NCBI GenBank assembly: GCA_023818895.1
Contig: JAMWCX010000003.1
Span: 219,823-283,822, forward strand
Origin: Candidatus Omnitrophota bacterium
GTDB taxonomy: Bacteria; Omnitrophota; Gorgyraeia; 2-01-FULL-45-10
Reading direction: 5' to 3'
DNA length: 64,000 nt
Part shown: one piece after another, positions 63,540 to 64,000 of the stretch
How the letters are laid out: each line of letters begins with the position of its first letter
Position numbering within the stretch: position 1 is the first letter of the stretch
Notes under the pieces: model-generated
Told to the model about the DNA's origin: nothing
What the model saw: only the letters and a program-made list of their open reading frames with translations
Databases searched by the model: none
Made by a program: the position numbers and the translations under genes

Positions 63540-64000
63540 ATGAGCGTGAACAATCAAAAAGAAAAACACATATACACTGTTTCGGAGCTTACCAAATATA
63601 TACGCGTCATACTCGAAGATTCATTCCCCGCCCTTTGGGTTGAAGGCGAGATATCTAACTACACGCTCCATTCATCCGGCCATATGTATTTCAGTCTGAA
63701 GGACGCAAACTCCGTTATACCTTGCGCGATGTTTAAGCGCGCTAACGAGAAACTCAAATTCAAGCTAAAAGACGGCCTGAAGGTCATAGCGTTTGGGAAG
63801 GTCTCGGTATATGAACCGCGTGGAAGCTATCAGCTCATCGTTGAGGAGATGGAGCCAAAAGGTATAGGCGCGCTGCAGCTTCAGTTTCAGCAGCTTAAGG
63901 AGAAGCTCCAGAAAGAGGGTCTCTTTGAGCAGTCGCACAAAGTGGCGATACCGCACCTGCCAACAAGGATCGGTGTGGTGACAAGCCCGACGGGGGCGGC
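63540..64000 (+). CDS. xseA: exodeoxyribonuclease VII large subunit, N-terminal 153 aa (runs off window)
   Basis: ATG 63540: MSVNNQKEKHIYTVSELTKYIRVILEDSFPALWVEGEISNYTLHSSGHMYFSLKD…, canonical XseA OB-fold N-terminus; no stop in window. Confidence 0.8.
   Translation, partial: MSVNNQKEKHIYTVSELTKYIRVILEDSFPALWVEGEISNYTLHSSGHMYFSLKDANSVIPCAMFKRANEKLKFKLKDGLKVIAFGKVSVYEPRGSYQLIVEEMEPKGIGALQLQFQQLKEKLQKEGLFEQSHKVAIPHLPTRIGVVTSPTGA

Overview
This 64 kb window is almost entirely housekeeping genes arranged around a chromosomal replication origin. To the left of ~27.5 kb every gene is on the minus strand. These are a V-type ATPase operon (E, hypothetical, A, B, D, I; subunit I is cut by the window edge), a pyr operon (pyrR-pyrB-pyrC-[Mut7-C]-[PHP]-pyrK-pyrD-pyrF-pyrE), a glycosyltransferase, rsmI, glmS, nagA, tRNA-Glu, gyrA, gyrB, a DUF721/DciA-like gene, dnaN and dnaA. 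The 27546-27911 spacer carries consensus DnaA boxes and an AT-rich stretch, which I call oriC. To the right every gene is on the plus strand: rpmH-rnpA-yidD-yidC, parA-parB, ndk, yicC, gmk, rpoZ, split coaC/coaB, a PVC-type pilin-like protein, a tRNA cluster (Cys-Val-Leu), thrS-infC-rpmI-rplT-pheS-pheT, rarA, a ThiI-like PP-loop protein, a TPP riboswitch with thiE-thi4, and a sulfur/thiol cluster (Rrf2-cysK-COG1900-permeases-ccdA-tlpA-nfu-Cys-rich protein). After that come a TPR protein, clpB, iscR-iscS-iscU, 5-formyl-THF cyclo-ligase, rny-ymdB and the start of xseA. I found no CRISPR array, IS element, rRNA or recognisable defence system. The Chlamydia/spirochaete-type V-ATPase gene order and the H-X9-DG pilin-like protein suggest a PVC-superphylum-like (possibly candidate-phylum) lineage, but that is inference only. 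The most interesting items are the PHP-phosphoesterase/Mut7-C nuclease pair sitting where carAB normally lies in the pyr operon, a coherent sulfide-based sulfur module next to a His-type Thi4, a near-perfect IscR type-1 operator, a PyrR attenuator, a TPP riboswitch whose terminator overlaps the ORF-track start of thiE, an unannotated 53-aa membrane ORF, a candidate structured RNA upstream of rarA, and a tRNA-Val 3'-end duplication.
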